Positions 51,813-64,000 of a stretch of DNA of 64,000 bases are shown piece by piece. How positions within the stretch are numbered: position 1 is the stretch's first letter; each line of letters begins with the position of its first letter. The translations under genes were made by a program, and so were the position numbers. Source of the stretch: Octopus sinensis (taxonomy: Eukaryota); contig NC_042997.1 of NCBI RefSeq assembly GCF_006345805.1, forward strand, positions 33,232,001-33,296,000. The letters are read 5' to 3'. The notes under the pieces are model-generated. The model saw only the letters and a program-made list of their open reading frames with translations. It was not told where the DNA came from and searched no databases.

Positions 51813-52555
51813 TATAATATATATATAGATAGATATATAAATACATACATACACACACACTAATTCTATTTCAGTATTTATATGCGAGTTTTTACTGCAA
51901 CACCGGTGCATGTCTGATTTCTTGAGGTGTATGCAATATTGTCTTTCCAGAAGAGTAGAAAGGTGCATAGACGTTATATCTAAGTGGCTGTGTTGTAACA
52001 TTTATTTCGTTGCTTCTATTGTTATTTTAGTATTTCGTTTGCTTATTGTGTACAATATAGATTGCGTTAAGTTGTGTTTGTTTATTAGGTGGTGTTGGTG
52101 TCGGGTATGTTCTGCGTGGATCGTTGCTAAAGTAGTACTGAGAACATTATTCTGCTAAAATGTACTGTGCGATGTGCTACTGAATTGAAACTGTTTTGTG
52201 TGCCTTGTGGTCTGTGTCAAGTACGGCTATTTCATTATTATTTTTTACCTGCCTAATAGTGTTGTTATTTTTATTGTTTTGTCCCAGCAATGATCGAGCA
52301 GACCTATGATCAAAGGCATTTTAGCCCTCACCAACCTTTCTTTCTTTTTCGGGCATTCTGCACATAGGACCATAGTAACTAATGTATGATTTAGATTTTC
52401 TAAGACGATGGGGTGTGACTTGACGTAGATTTGGCTTCCATTATTTGAGAATTGATCGATTACATAGACACTCAATCATTGGGTCAAATTATTTTTTGAG
52501 TATACATTTTTATACTTTAAACCGACTTTGCCTATTTCCATTCCCAGAACTTATA

Positions 52556-53425
52556 CGTGGCCTGATCAGTAAGTATCCGGGCTGTTGCCATAGTAGCAGA
52601 ATGAAGCTGCTTGGCAAAGATTGATCTTTAACCCTGCTACGCATGCGCAGTAAGTCTTACGGTTCTAGCACATTTCCGCTGTTTACAGCAGTGCTTGGAA
52701 GGAAGGTGCGTAGCGTGTGTTCACCGCATTGACAATGACAGAGAAAGTTGAGCAGAGAATCTGCATCAAATTTTACCAAAAGCTTGGCGATACCTGCTCA
52801 AAGGCCTACGCAAAGGTTTCAAAAAGTTTTCGACGTTCTCGACACAATCAAGGAGATTTTGTGCAACTGATACTTTTTGTTCAGATGAAAGCAGTTATAG
52901 CACAAACTTGGCAGACACACATCTCATAGCCAAATCTTCAGTGATAATGGACTGAACTGAACCGTAACTAATCTGCACGCCCTCTGATAACTCACGGATG
53001 GTAATTCGACGATTTCCCCTCACAACTGCATGCACATCTGCCATGTTTTTACTCAGTTTTGCTGATTGCGAGTCTCCCAGAACGTTCATCAATATCGACA
53101 TTTTTTGGCCATCTTGAAAACGTCTGAACCATTCGTACTCTTGTGTGCGGCTCATACACTCCTCTCCATACGCTTTCTGCAACTATGTGTAGGCCTCTGA
53201 GCATGTGTCACCATGACAACTTACTCTGTCATGGTCAATAGGAGGATACACGTTACACACGTTATTTCGAAGCACTGCTGTAAACAACGAAAGTGAGCCA
53301 GAACGTTAAAACTTAGTGCACATACACATCAAAGGTCAAGGTTAACCTGTACCGAGCGGCTTCACACTGCGTGCTTTAACTTCATTACTATGGCAACAGT
53401 CCGGATACTTATTGATCAAACCACG
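52556..53425. mobile_element. Mariner-derived element made of two inverted 5' ends
   Basis: TA flanks (52554-52555, 53426-53427), matching TIRs; MTEKVEQRICIKFYQKLGDTCS on plus and MTE...GDTCSEAYT.LQKAYGEECMSRTQ...VSAKFV on minus. Confidence 0.9.
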
Positions 53426-53530
53426 TACTTAAATAATTTTTCGATTCCACTTCGTTCGATTCCTTGTTCAGAAGTTATATCGTAGTGTCTATCAAAGCAG
53501 AGAAACATTTGTTGCCTTAAAAGTACTTAC

Positions 53531-53575
53531 CTGTTTGATTATATATAAATACGATACATTCTAAATTTGCTGGAA
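53531..53575 (-). CDS. Candidate isolated 45-nt internal exon (phase 1-1), product unknown
   Basis: cacattttttctggttccccag|TTCCAGCA...AAACAG|gtaagt; open frame xPANLECIVFIYNQT. No partner exon found. Confidence 0.25.
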
Positions 53576-53654
53576 CTGGGGAACCAGAAAAAATGTGATG
53601 AATATTTCATTTGGTAAATTTCATAGTACGCAGTAAATGTTATCCTCGTATTTC

Positions 53655-53656
<2 letters not shown>

Positions 53657-53690
<34 letters not shown>

Positions 53691-53711
53691 CTCTCTCTCT
53701 ATCTATCTATC

Positions 53712-53762
<51 letters not shown>

Positions 53763-53945
53763 TCTATATATTATATATATATATATATATCTATATATAT
53801 AGATCAATCTAATCTATCTATCTATCTTCTATCTATCTCTATATATATATATTATCTATCTAGATATATATATCTATATATATATATTATATATATATAT
53901 AGCTATCTATCTATCTATCTATCTATCTATAATATATATATATAG

Positions 53946-53986
<41 letters not shown>

Positions 53987-54003
53987 CTATATATCTAGCT
54001 ATC

Positions 54004-54034
<31 letters not shown>

Positions 54035-54211
54035 CTATATATCTATCTATATATTTATATTATATATATCTATATATATATATATATTATATATATATAG
54101 CTATCTATCTATCTATTCTCTCTCCTCTCTCTCTCTCTCTATATTATATACTATATATATATATATCTATCTATCTATCTATATATATATATATATATTA
54201 TATATATATAC

Positions 54212-54281
<70 letters not shown>

Positions 54282-54296
54282 TAGCTATCTATCTAT
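53657..54296. repeat. (TCTA)/(TC)/(TA) compound microsatellite, ~640 bp
   Basis: Directly visible. Confidence 0.95.
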
Positions 54297-54529
54297 TTGT
54301 TATTTTTTATTTACTTATTTATTATATTTGTGGTTTGGCCAATAATCCTTTGCAGCTAAAATCAAACTTTCCATTTCTGTTTTTTGGCCAGAAATTGTAA
54401 GTCATTTTTGGTTTTCACGCTGACTTACGCATTTTCTGCCGAGTCTTGCCGGATATAAAACGTAGAGAGGATTTTCCAGATTTTTCCTTCGTATATCGAT
54501 TTTCTCCGAACAAACAGCTTCGTTGCCTT

Positions 54530-54920
54530 TCCACTGGCTCTTTACGCTCTGAGTTCAAATTCCGCTGAAGTTGACTTTACCTGTTGTACTTACGGGATCG
54601 ATAAAATCAAGTATGGGCTAAATAATGGGGCCGAAGTAATTGACTATCCCCTTCTCCGAAAATTACTGGCCTTGTGACAAGATTTGAAACAAATATTATC
54701 TATCATTGCTGGCAGAATCATTAGCATGTCAGACAAAATGCTTAGCGGCATTTCGTCCGCCTTGACGTTCTGAGTTCAAATTCCGCCGAAGTCGGTTGTT
54801 GTCTTTTAGCCTTTCGGGGTCGATAAATTAAGTACCAGTTGCGTATTGGGGTCGATTTAATCGACTGGTCCCCTTCCCCCAAAATTTGATGCTTTGTACC
54901 TATAGTAGAAAGGATTATTA

Positions 54921-54960
<40 letters not shown>

Positions 54961-55145
54961 GTAGTATAGTAGTAGTAAGTAGTAGTAGTAGTAGTGGTGG
55001 TGGTGGTAGTTGTTGTAGTAGTTAGGCGGTGATCTGGCAGAATGGCTAGCACGCCGGATAGAATGCTTAGCGGCATTTCATCCGTCCTTTACGTTCTGTG
55101 TTGAAATTCTGCTGAGGTCGATTTTGCCTTTCATCATTTCGGAGT
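54530..55145 (+). mobile_element. Cluster of three SINE B' copies/fragments (54530-54700, 54709-54960, 55024-55145)
   Basis: Repeated ctgagttcaaattccgc B box; tail cccccaaaattt...tatagtagaaaggattattatt. Confidence 0.8.
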
Positions 55146-55304
55146 CGATTTCAATACTACTTAAAATCGACGAATCAATTACGATACGACGTTACTAGTC
55201 TTCAATTTCGCAGATCGACGTAAAATAACTACTTTAATCGACGAAATCAATTTACGCCCCCACCCCTCATATTACTGGCCTTGTGCCAAAATTCCCAAGC
55301 ATTA

Positions 55305-55770
55305 ATATAATTGTTGTTGCTGTTGTTGTTATTGTTGCACTAGTACATACTAATTTAGTTAGCAAGTCACCTCAAACCTCAAGAATCTTAGTTATGTTCC
55401 TTGCTGAATATAGGATGTACAAATCGACAGTGCGAGCTTCAATTCCAATCTCTTTCAGTCTTTTAGGTAGCATTTTGAGTGTGATGCCATGTGTTCCAAT
55501 TACTACAGGAATAATTGTTTTTTCGGTCTTCCACAGTCTCCTTAGTTCTCTCGATAGATCCTGGTATTTCTCATTTCTTTTCAATTTCTTTGGTATCGAC
55601 TCTGATATCATAGGGAACTACGAAACCTATGATCTTTCAGTGTTTGTTTATTCTGTCCTCTGATCATATCCGGTCTTGTTGCTTTCAATAGCATGGTCAG
55701 TCTTCATTGGAAAACCTACATCATGTTGTAATCCTCATTTTCTACCACAGCTTTTGGTTAGTGCTCATTA
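55305..55770 (-). mobile_element. R4/Dong-type RLE 3' end, element 2
   Basis: TDHAIE..RPDM...VVPYDIRVDTKE..EKYQDLSRELRRLWK...IIPVVIGTHG...ARNITKILEV*, followed by an (AAC/AAT)n tail. Confidence 0.85.
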
Positions 55771-56205
55771 CTCTAGTAGGGCAATTTTTTTGGATAGTGT
55801 GTGGTGCTGGGAGCCCAGGTACGACATCTACGTTTTTGTTCATAGGCTTTTCTTTTTTTGTTCAATGCTCTAGTAATTACAGGTGTTGATTTTTACCTTC
55901 ATGCTCCACATCTTGAATACTTTAGTCTCGAGATTTTTCTATTTTGGTAGTTTCTCCACTTCATTTTGGGAAATATTTTGCTCAGAAGGGATTGCAATGT
56001 CTACAACTAAACAGGTGTTTTTTCTTTCTTACCAATTCTTGATTATTATGTCTGTCTCATTAGCTTTGATTTCTTTGTCAGGCATATCCCAAATAATTGT
56101 TGCCTGTTCGTTGTCGTGTACCTTGTTTGGTACACGTTTAAACGATTTCTTGTTAGTCTTTATGCTGTAGTGTTGGAATATTGCCCAGTGGATACAACTA
56201 CTTAC
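55770..56205 (-). mobile_element. R4/Dong-type RLE 3' end, element 1
   Basis: [13 protein letters not shown]...[12 protein letters not shown]-like stretch, [30 protein letters not shown]...EKLPK*KNLE...MWSMK, ending IQKIALL. Confidence 0.85.
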
Positions 56206-56287
56206 TCGGTTCCCTCTCTCTCTCGACACACACACACCACACACCACAACACATATAGATAAATAATATATGATATATATAGTATAT

Positions 56288-56318
<31 letters not shown>

Positions 56319-56327
56319 CATGCAAGC

Positions 56328-56690
56328 CAGGTGTAGCTGCGTGGTAGAAGCTTGCTTCCAAACCACATGATTCCAGATTCAGTCCCACTGCGTGGCACCT
56401 TGGGCAAGTGCCTTGTGCTATAGCCTCGGCTGACCAAAGCTTTGTGTGAGTGGATTTGGTAGACGAAACTGAAAGAAGCCCGTCGTAAATATTATATATA
56501 TATATGTATATATATATGTATATATATATATATGTATATATATGTATGTATAATATATATGTATATATATATATATATATATGTATTGTATATATATATG
56601 TATGTATATATGTATGTATATATATATGTATATATATATATATGTATGTATATCAAAATGATTGAAACAAGTAAGAATAAAAGAAATGAA
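56328..56690 (+). mobile_element. SINE family A: 5' half, expanded (TA)n, short tail remnant
   Basis: Head and CORE at 56328-56486; aaatgattgaaacaagtaagaataaaag at ~56654-56685. Confidence 0.8.
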
Positions 56691-56812
56691 TGAATATATT
56701 TACACACACACACAACACACACACACACACATACACACACAACACACACCACATGCGTGTGTGTGTTTATTCAGATTTAGCTAGGACTGGACAGCCAGAG
56801 ATGATGTTATTG

Positions 56813-56881
<69 letters not shown>

Positions 56882-57460
56882 TATTATTATTATTATTATT
56901 ATATTATTATTATTATCATTATTATCATCATCATAGCTGATGTTGTTCTTCAGAAGAGGAACATCGATTTGATTGAAGTTAATCAGCAACAAAAACATTT
57001 TGACGAATGAGAAGGATTTTGCCGAACTCTTTTCCCGAAAACTTCCTCCGTCAGATTGCTTTATATAAACTGAATTAAAGAGTTATCTTTTACTGAAAAG
57101 ACATTGGATAGTTGAATAAATTTCCTCATAAAACTATTTTAGAGAAAGCTTTCCTCACCTGAATAAAGACGAGTAGAGTGGCCAATCTCACTCAGAAACG
57201 TGCCGAGAGGAAGCTATTCCTGAAAAGTCGGGAAGAAGTAGCGATTTTTATCACCTCTGTTATCGTTTACCGCCTGACTGTCGTCTCTTGTCCCAGTTTT
57301 CATTTGACCAAACTGGAGCGCCTGCTCTATAACTACTGTGGAAAGGACGAGTTCCTTCTAGTTAGGCTTTTCTATTTGCTGCATGCTCCCTCAGTGTGGT
57401 GGGCTTGGCATTTAGTGGCTGCTGATGGGTAGACACGAACGCCGGTTGTGCCACCTGCAA

Positions 57461-57865
57461 CTCTTTTACTCTTTTACTTGTTTCAGTCATTTGACTGCGG
57501 CCATGCTGGAGCACCGCCTTTAATCGAGCAACTCGACCCCGGGACTTATTCTTTTGTAAGCCCAGTGCTTATTCTATCGGTTTCTTTGCCGAACCGCTAA
57601 GTGACGGGGACGTAAACACACCAGCATCGGTTGTCAAGCAATGCTAGGCGGACAAACACAGACACACAAACACACACACGCATATATATATACATATATA
57701 CGACGGGCTTCTTTCAGTTTCCGTCTACCAAATCCACTCACAAGGCTTTGGTCGGCCCGAGGCTATAGTAGAAGACACTTGCCCCCAAGGTGCCACGCAG
57801 TGGGACTGAACCCGGAACCATGTGGTTGGTAAACTAGCTCCTTACCACACAGCCACTCCTGCGCC
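57461..57865 (-). mobile_element. SINE family A, full length
   Basis: Reverse complement from the (cttttact)n tail to ...ccactcctgcgcc. Confidence 0.95.
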
Positions 57866-57869
57866 TAAC

Positions 57870-58320
57870 TGTGTAGATATGAAAAATAATTTGAACGGCA
57901 GTGTCATATTCTCTGAAGCAGTTATCTATGAAGCTGAAGTCACTTCCACAAAGCCGAATTGTGATGCCGAACGCAAACCTTATGTTAGAATTTAGAAGGT
58001 AAAATTTGATCAAAATCTAATTATGACCCATACTTCTTTCCCTGTGAAGATAGAAAATAGGAACAAATCCAAAACATCTAAATATATCTGCAGATTAAAT
58101 TACGTATTACTGTATTTGATATGTTATAGAAAATCCTTGAATGATATAAACCAAACAGAAATTGAACTGACACCTGTGAATTATGTACAACCAAACAAAA
58201 CAAAAAGAAGCTTCACTTCATTCTTATGAATCTCAATAAATTTTTTGTCTATATAAATGCGAAATCAGAGATCTTCAATAAATGTTCACACTTCAAGAAT
58301 TATTTGCTGAATTACTGGAA
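57870..58320 (+). mobile_element. Penelope-like GIY-YIG endonuclease relic
   Basis: AVIYEAEVTS...KPYVRI, HTSF...SKYICRL, INAKSEIFNKCSHFKNYLL match the PLE GIY-YIG layout (VY.A.V...YIG...H..SF...SKYIW.L...LNKRSE..KCRH). Confidence 0.75.
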
Positions 58321-58448
58321 TAATGTACCACGAACAAGTCGAATATACGGTTATTTGTCACAAAACTTGCATATTTTCTTCTTTGTTTAGCACCTCTGAT
58401 TTTAACCCCTATTTGTAACATAGCACATGAAACTTAATATCGACATTA

Positions 58449-58510
<62 letters not shown>

Positions 58511-58526
58511 CCTACCTACCTATTAC

Positions 58527-58590
<64 letters not shown>

Positions 58591-58591
58591 A

Positions 58592-58637
<46 letters not shown>

Positions 58638-59368
58638 CATACATATATTTATATGTGTGTATCTGTGTATTATGTATATCAATATATATTCTTTAACGTA
58701 TATATACACGCATTAACACTGCAATGAGGTAGGTAGAAACGCAAAATAAATTTACAAGAGCATTTTTTTTTGTGAAAAAGCAGAATTACGATATATAGGT
58801 ATTTTTTTGTACTATAGGTTGAGAAAGTTTAATAACAGTGTCTACTTTTCACAGCAATATTATATGTGTTTACTAAAATTACAAGGTTGTAACTTTACTT
58901 TAAATATCTATCTACCCTACCTCTGTAGAAACATCCCGTATTTTATACATTCGTGTTCCCAACGCTCGCTCTATTATGGTAATTAGACAAATCACCACAG
59001 TCCTGTCTGAATAGCTACAAGGCACTTTTTTCTCTGTGGAACCAGCAATATATATGTGCGTGTCGGTTTATATAAATATACACATACACGATAGACTGGG
59101 TTGATGTAGCCGTTATAAATTTTTATTCAAATTTTTTTTTAGCACAGCATCGACCAACTCAAAATCATTCATACTTACGGCGTAAACACCAACAGATTCA
59201 TGTATATATTATTTTGATTATATATTAAATAGAGTGAAGAATATATTCTTCCTAATTTGGAAGTCCTCGATGAACAACTTGAGTCGACGACAGGTCGTGT
59301 AAATGTTAGTTTAGATGGATCAGTTATTACTCTTTGTCTCTTTCTCTCTCCCCCCCTCTCTCTCTCTA

Positions 59369-59782
59369 GGCGCAGGAGTGGCTGTGTGGTACGTAGCTTG
59401 CTTACCAACCACATGGTTCCGGGTTCAGTCTCACAGCGCGGCACCTTGGGCAAGTGTCTTCTACTATAGCCTCGGGCCAACCAAAGCCTTGTGAGAGGAT
59501 TTGGTAGATGGAAACTGAAAGATGCCCGTCGTATATGTGTATATATATATAATATATGTGCGTGTATGTTTGTGTGTCTGTGTTTGTCCCCCTAGCATTG
59601 CTTGACAACCGATGCTGGTGTGTTTATGTCCCCGTCACTTAGCGGTTCGGCAAAAGAGACCGATAGAATAAGCACTAGGCTTACAGAGAATAAGTCCCGG
59701 GGTCGAGTTGCTCGATTAAAGGCGGTGCTCCAGCATGGCTGCAGTTTAATGACTGTAACAAGTAAAAGAGAGTAAAAGAGAG
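59369..59782 (+). mobile_element. SINE family A, full length
   Basis: ggcgcaggagtgg...agtaaaagagagtaaaagagag. Confidence 0.95.
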
Positions 59783-60013
59783 TATATACATATATATAAA
59801 TGTATATCTATAAATGTATGTGTATTTTCTCAATGTGTACAAATAACACAGAAAAAAAAAATAGTTACCAGGATAGCAAAAATTCACATAAGTGCCAAGG
59901 ATGTTACAGCCTATTTATAAAGGTAGAAATTCTAGGGTTTAGGGAAATATTTTTGTATGACATAGATAAATTAAGAAATGTAGTTAAACGCAGGTGTTAT
60001 TCAAATCTTTACA

Positions 60014-60100
60014 CTTCCGACATATGTTTCGAAGAAAACTTGGTATTATTTCTGAGAGAATAAAATGATTTAAAACGATGTAATCATCTCGTCAGGAAAA
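60014..60100 (-). ncRNA. Second hammerhead-like motif (long, weak stem II)
   Basis: ttttc-CTGACGA-58 nt-GAAA-catatg-TC-ggaag; palindromic stem III ACAUAUGU, GUC triplet, stem I with G-U pairs. Confidence 0.4.
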
Positions 60101-61317
60101 AAAAGAAACAAAGCACATCAATAACCCATTTTAACCGAATGTGGTTACCACGTGTATGATAAAGAGAACGCTGGCAAGTTATTTTTAAAAAAAACCGTTA
60201 ATAGATTTAACGTCAAAGGCAATTTAGAGGAAGAGAAGGAAGAGAAAAAGAAAGAAATTAACACAAAATTAAGAGTGGAGAAATATAGTGTGATAGATGA
60301 GTGGAAATAAAGCTTAAAGGCGTGTAAATAGATAATATATGTAGTGGAAAATGATATGTAAGAAGGCAGTCAAAAGTCGAATTATATAGATTGGTAGAAA
60401 CTACTTAAAGGAACTAAAGGTATGTTTTTGCCAATGTTTGCAACGATAAACACGTTCTTTAAACGTGTTTACAAGAGAATTCTTCACCCTAATAATGAGA
60501 TAACTAAAGTGGACAGTGATAAAGTATTCCTTCATCAGTGAAGGGTCGATGTTCTTCCTGACCAAAAGTAATCTTCGGTTGGGTTTTGAATCGCTTCTTT
60601 GGTTCATCGACAAGGCATTTTCCTTGATATAACTGACTGTAGAGGTTCTTTCGGAGAATACACGAATCAGCCATGCGCAATGCATACCTGTACAGCGTGA
60701 ATTCAATGTTGTTGATGTCGATTTGATGGGAGGATTCCTTTCAATTTGACCTTGACTAGACCTTTTTTAGCTGTGAGCAGGAATGCTATACTCCTACTAT
60801 TGGAATAAACACACTTCTGTCTCTTCTTTTTGTAAATGATAACAACACAAAAAGCCTTCTTGTATTGCAGTGTATATAAAAACATGCACACACATATATT
60901 CATATATATGCAGGTACATACGTGCGTTCCCATACATATGTACACACGTTCTTCTTTTTATGTCTTCCACCTTCTCTTATGCAGATATTCTTTCAACTTT
61001 ATTAAGAATTAATCAATATTTTGCTCTGTTTCTTAATATTCAGAATTCAAACCTATAAAAAAAATTAATAAATAAATAATGATCTCTTTATGATTACCAC
61101 AAGGCTGACGGATGAAAAATAATTTGAAAAAAAAAACAATAATACACCACAATGCCAATGCTGTCATCACCACCAGCCTTCTCCTACCCCTATTCTCACC
61201 ATCATTTAATAGTAACATTCCAGCACCCTTCACGTTCTCCCCTTCATCAGCATGACCCCTCTCCGCTTTCTCCTTTTCATCAGTATTATCATTATCACTG
61301 CTACCACCACGGTCTCT

Positions 61318-61377
<60 letters not shown>

Positions 61378-61408
61378 TCTATCATCATCATCATCATCAT
61401 CATCTCTG

Positions 61409-61446
<38 letters not shown>

Positions 61447-61500
61447 TCTATCATCATCATCATCATCATCATCATCATCTCCATCATCATCATCATCTCT

Positions 61501-61545
<45 letters not shown>

Positions 61546-61578
61546 TCTATCATCATCATCATCATCTCTATCATCATC
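61318..61578. repeat. (CAT)n trinucleotide tract with ctct interruptions
   Basis: Directly visible; source of the poly-H/M/I ORFs. Confidence 0.97.
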
Positions 61579-62269
61579 TAGGTGTAGATCTATCTCTTCA
61601 TCCGCTTATCCCGCTTATCATTTATCTCTGCCCTATTCCTTGCTCGTTTACATAATATTCATGTTCCTTTTTGCTAATTTTCTTTTCCTTTTTTGTTGTT
61701 GTTATTGTTCACCTTCTGTACTGATCGTTACTGATGCTACTGTTGCTGCTGTTGGCTGAAGGAAGTATATTATGATGTAACCGTTCTTTGATTAATAATC
61801 CGCACTATTCTGCTTAATTTTCCGTGAACGCTTTCCCCTGGTAGATTAACTTTTTAGTCTGTCTTCCTGCTTGTCTCTCATCTTCTGTTCATGGTCTGAG
61901 GTTTTTTTCTCTCCATCTCTTTCTTTTTTTGTCTCTTTCTCAATCTCTCTTTATCCCATCTTCATTATCATCTCCTTCCATCAAATTTCGAATTTCTATA
62001 TTAAAAAAGAAAGACACACCTGTACACCTGTCGCTCAGTTTGATTTACGATTATTGACTGCGTTAGTAATGGATGAATCACAAATTTTTCCAGTCGTTGT
62101 ACAGCTAAGATAAATTTTAAAATACCAGAAAGCTAATATAAATAAATGAATAAATAATTTCTTCAATGGCCAGTGGCTTGCTTCCTACATGTGTGAAACA
62201 TTTTTATCAAATTCTTATTCCCTCCGCCTCTCATACACGCCCGCGCACACACACGCACACACATACAGT

Positions 62270-63244
62270 TATTTCTTTACTGCCCACAAGGAGCTAAACA
62301 TAGAGGGAGGACAAACAAAGACAGACATAGGTATTAAGTCGTTTACATCGACCCCAGTGTGTAACTGGTACTTAATTTATCGACCCCGAAAGGATGAAAG
62401 CCAAAGTCGACCTCGGCGAAATTTGAACTCAGAACGTAAAGACAGATGAAATACCTATTTCTTTACTACCCACAAGGGGTTAAACATAGAGGGGACAAAC
62501 AAAGACAGACAAACGGATTAAGTCGTTTACATCCACCCCAGTGCTTAACTGGTACTTAATTTACCGATCCCGAAAGGATGAAAGGCAAAGTCGACCTCGG
62601 CGGAATTTGAACTCAGAACGTAAAGACAGACGAAACACCTATTTCTTTATTACCCACAAGGGGCTAAACATAGAGGGGACAAACAAGGACAGACAAACGA
62701 ATTAAGTCGATTATATCGACCCCAGTGCTTAACTGGTACTTAATTTATCGACCCCGAAAGGATGAAAGGCAAAGTCGACCTCGGCGGAATTTGAACTCAG
62801 AACGTAAAGACAGACGGAATACCTATTTCTATTTCTTTACTACCCACAAGGGGCTAAACACAGAGAAGACAAACAAGGACAGACAAACAGATTAAGTCGA
62901 TTATATCGACCCCAGTGCGTAACTGGTACTTAATTTATCGACTCCGAAAGGATGAAAGGCAAAGTCGACCTCGGCGGAATTTGAACTCAGAATGTAAAAA
63001 CAGACGAAATACCTATTTCTTTATTACCCACAAGGGGCTAAACATAGAGGGGACAAACAAGGACAGACATAGGTATTAAGTCGATTACATCGACCCCAGT
63101 GCGTAACTGGTACTTAATTTATCGACCCCGAAAGGATGAAAGGCAAAGTCGACCTCGGCGGAATTTGAACTCAGAACGTAAAGACAGACGAAATACCGCT
63201 AGGCATTTTGCCCGGCGTGCTAACGTCTCTGCCAGCTCGCCGCC
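62270..63244 (-). mobile_element. SINE family B pentamer (one head, five bodies)
   Basis: Units start at 62271, 62457, 62641, 62831 and 63015 (spacing 184-190 bp); the head occurs only at 63190-63244. Confidence 0.97.
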
Positions 63245-63285
<41 letters not shown>

Positions 63286-63389
63286 ATATATTAATTGAAC
63301 TGCATTTGTTTCGGTATTGTCGAAAGACTTGCTCTATGTTTTAGGGTATCCGTTGGCGATTAATAATATTTCCTCAAATAAATTCACCA

Positions 63390-63790
63390 GGCGCAGGAGT
63401 GGCTGTGTGGTAAGTAGCTTGCTAACCAACCACATGGTTCCGGGTTCAGTCCCACTGCGTGGCATCTTGGGCAAGTGTCTTCTGCTATATCCTCGGGCCG
63501 ACCAATGCCTTGTGAGTGGATTTGGTAGACGGAAACTGAAAGAAGCCCGTCGTATATATGTATATATATATATATGTATGTGTGTGTATGTGTTTGTGTG
63601 TGTGTTTGTCCCCCTAGCATTGCTTGACAACCGATGCTGGTGTGTTTACGTCCCCGTTACTTAGCGGTTCGGCAAAGAGACCGATAGAATAAGTACTGGG
63701 CTTACAAAGAATACGTCCCGAGGTCGATTTGCTCGACTAAAGGCGGTGCTCCAGCATGGCCGCAGTCAAATGACTGAAACAAGTAAAAGA
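63390..63790 (+). mobile_element. SINE family A, full length
   Basis: ggcgcaggagtgg...actgaaacaagtaaaaga. Confidence 0.95.
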
Positions 63791-63794
63791 AAGA

Positions 63795-64000
63795 TAACAT
63801 TATGAGACAACACTCACCGAAGAGATACACTGTACATTCATCCAGAAAGCTCCTGGTAATCTCTAAAAAACACTGATGAAGTAGGCAGCATCTCCACTTT
63901 AGACGTAGAAACTACTTACAATCCAACAATAGAAACAATAAAAATTGAATTAGATAATGTATAAAATCACCCAAGAATAAGACCCACCCCCGCTATATCA
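63795..64000 (+). mobile_element. Possible Penelope/Poseidon-type RT relic
   Basis: STLDVETTYNPTIETIKIELDNV*NHP resembles the SLDVESLFTNVP...VY.HP region of PLE RT. Confidence 0.4.

Noticed and set aside
60391-60800. Several splice-like signals (aag|gtatgt at 60420, tacag|gtatgc on minus, ttttttag at 60770) and ORF 60401-60706
   Set aside because: No consistent acceptor-donor pair with an open frame and no recognisable protein motif.

Overview
AT-rich eukaryotic genomic DNA, almost certainly octopus (Octopus sp.). This is inferred from recognising the tRNA-derived SINE families and the extreme microsatellite load. I find no intact protein-coding gene; the supplied ORFs are nearly all microsatellite read-throughs or SINE and transposon translations. 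The window is a mobile-element graveyard. It holds at least four tRNA-headed SINE families (labelled A-D here), RTE, R4/Dong-type, CR1/L2-type and Penelope-like (PLE) retroelement remnants, and a Tc1 with DD36E spacing. It also holds mariner derivatives, a hAT transposase relic, a non-autonomous Helitron, a piggyBac-type MITE, a ~200-bp foldback element, a ~1.19-kb tandem duplication and a 100-N gap. The most interesting observations are: (1) minimal type I hammerhead-ribozyme-like motifs with palindromic stem III in (TA)n-flanked, PLE-like repeats; (2) a 5S rRNA copy fused in the same orientation to a SINE 3' tail; (3) SINE-B concatemers with an identical junction at three loci, suggesting self-targeted insertion; (4) one SINE-C head carrying three different tails; (5) scattered class A GPCR motif relics (LAIADL, DRxxxIxxPL, NSIY[N]PIMYA); and (6) a CpG-decay boundary near 7.2 kb next to a splice donor, suggesting the 5' end of a methylated gene running left out of the window. 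All translations and alignments were done by eye, and coordinates of decayed elements are approximate.
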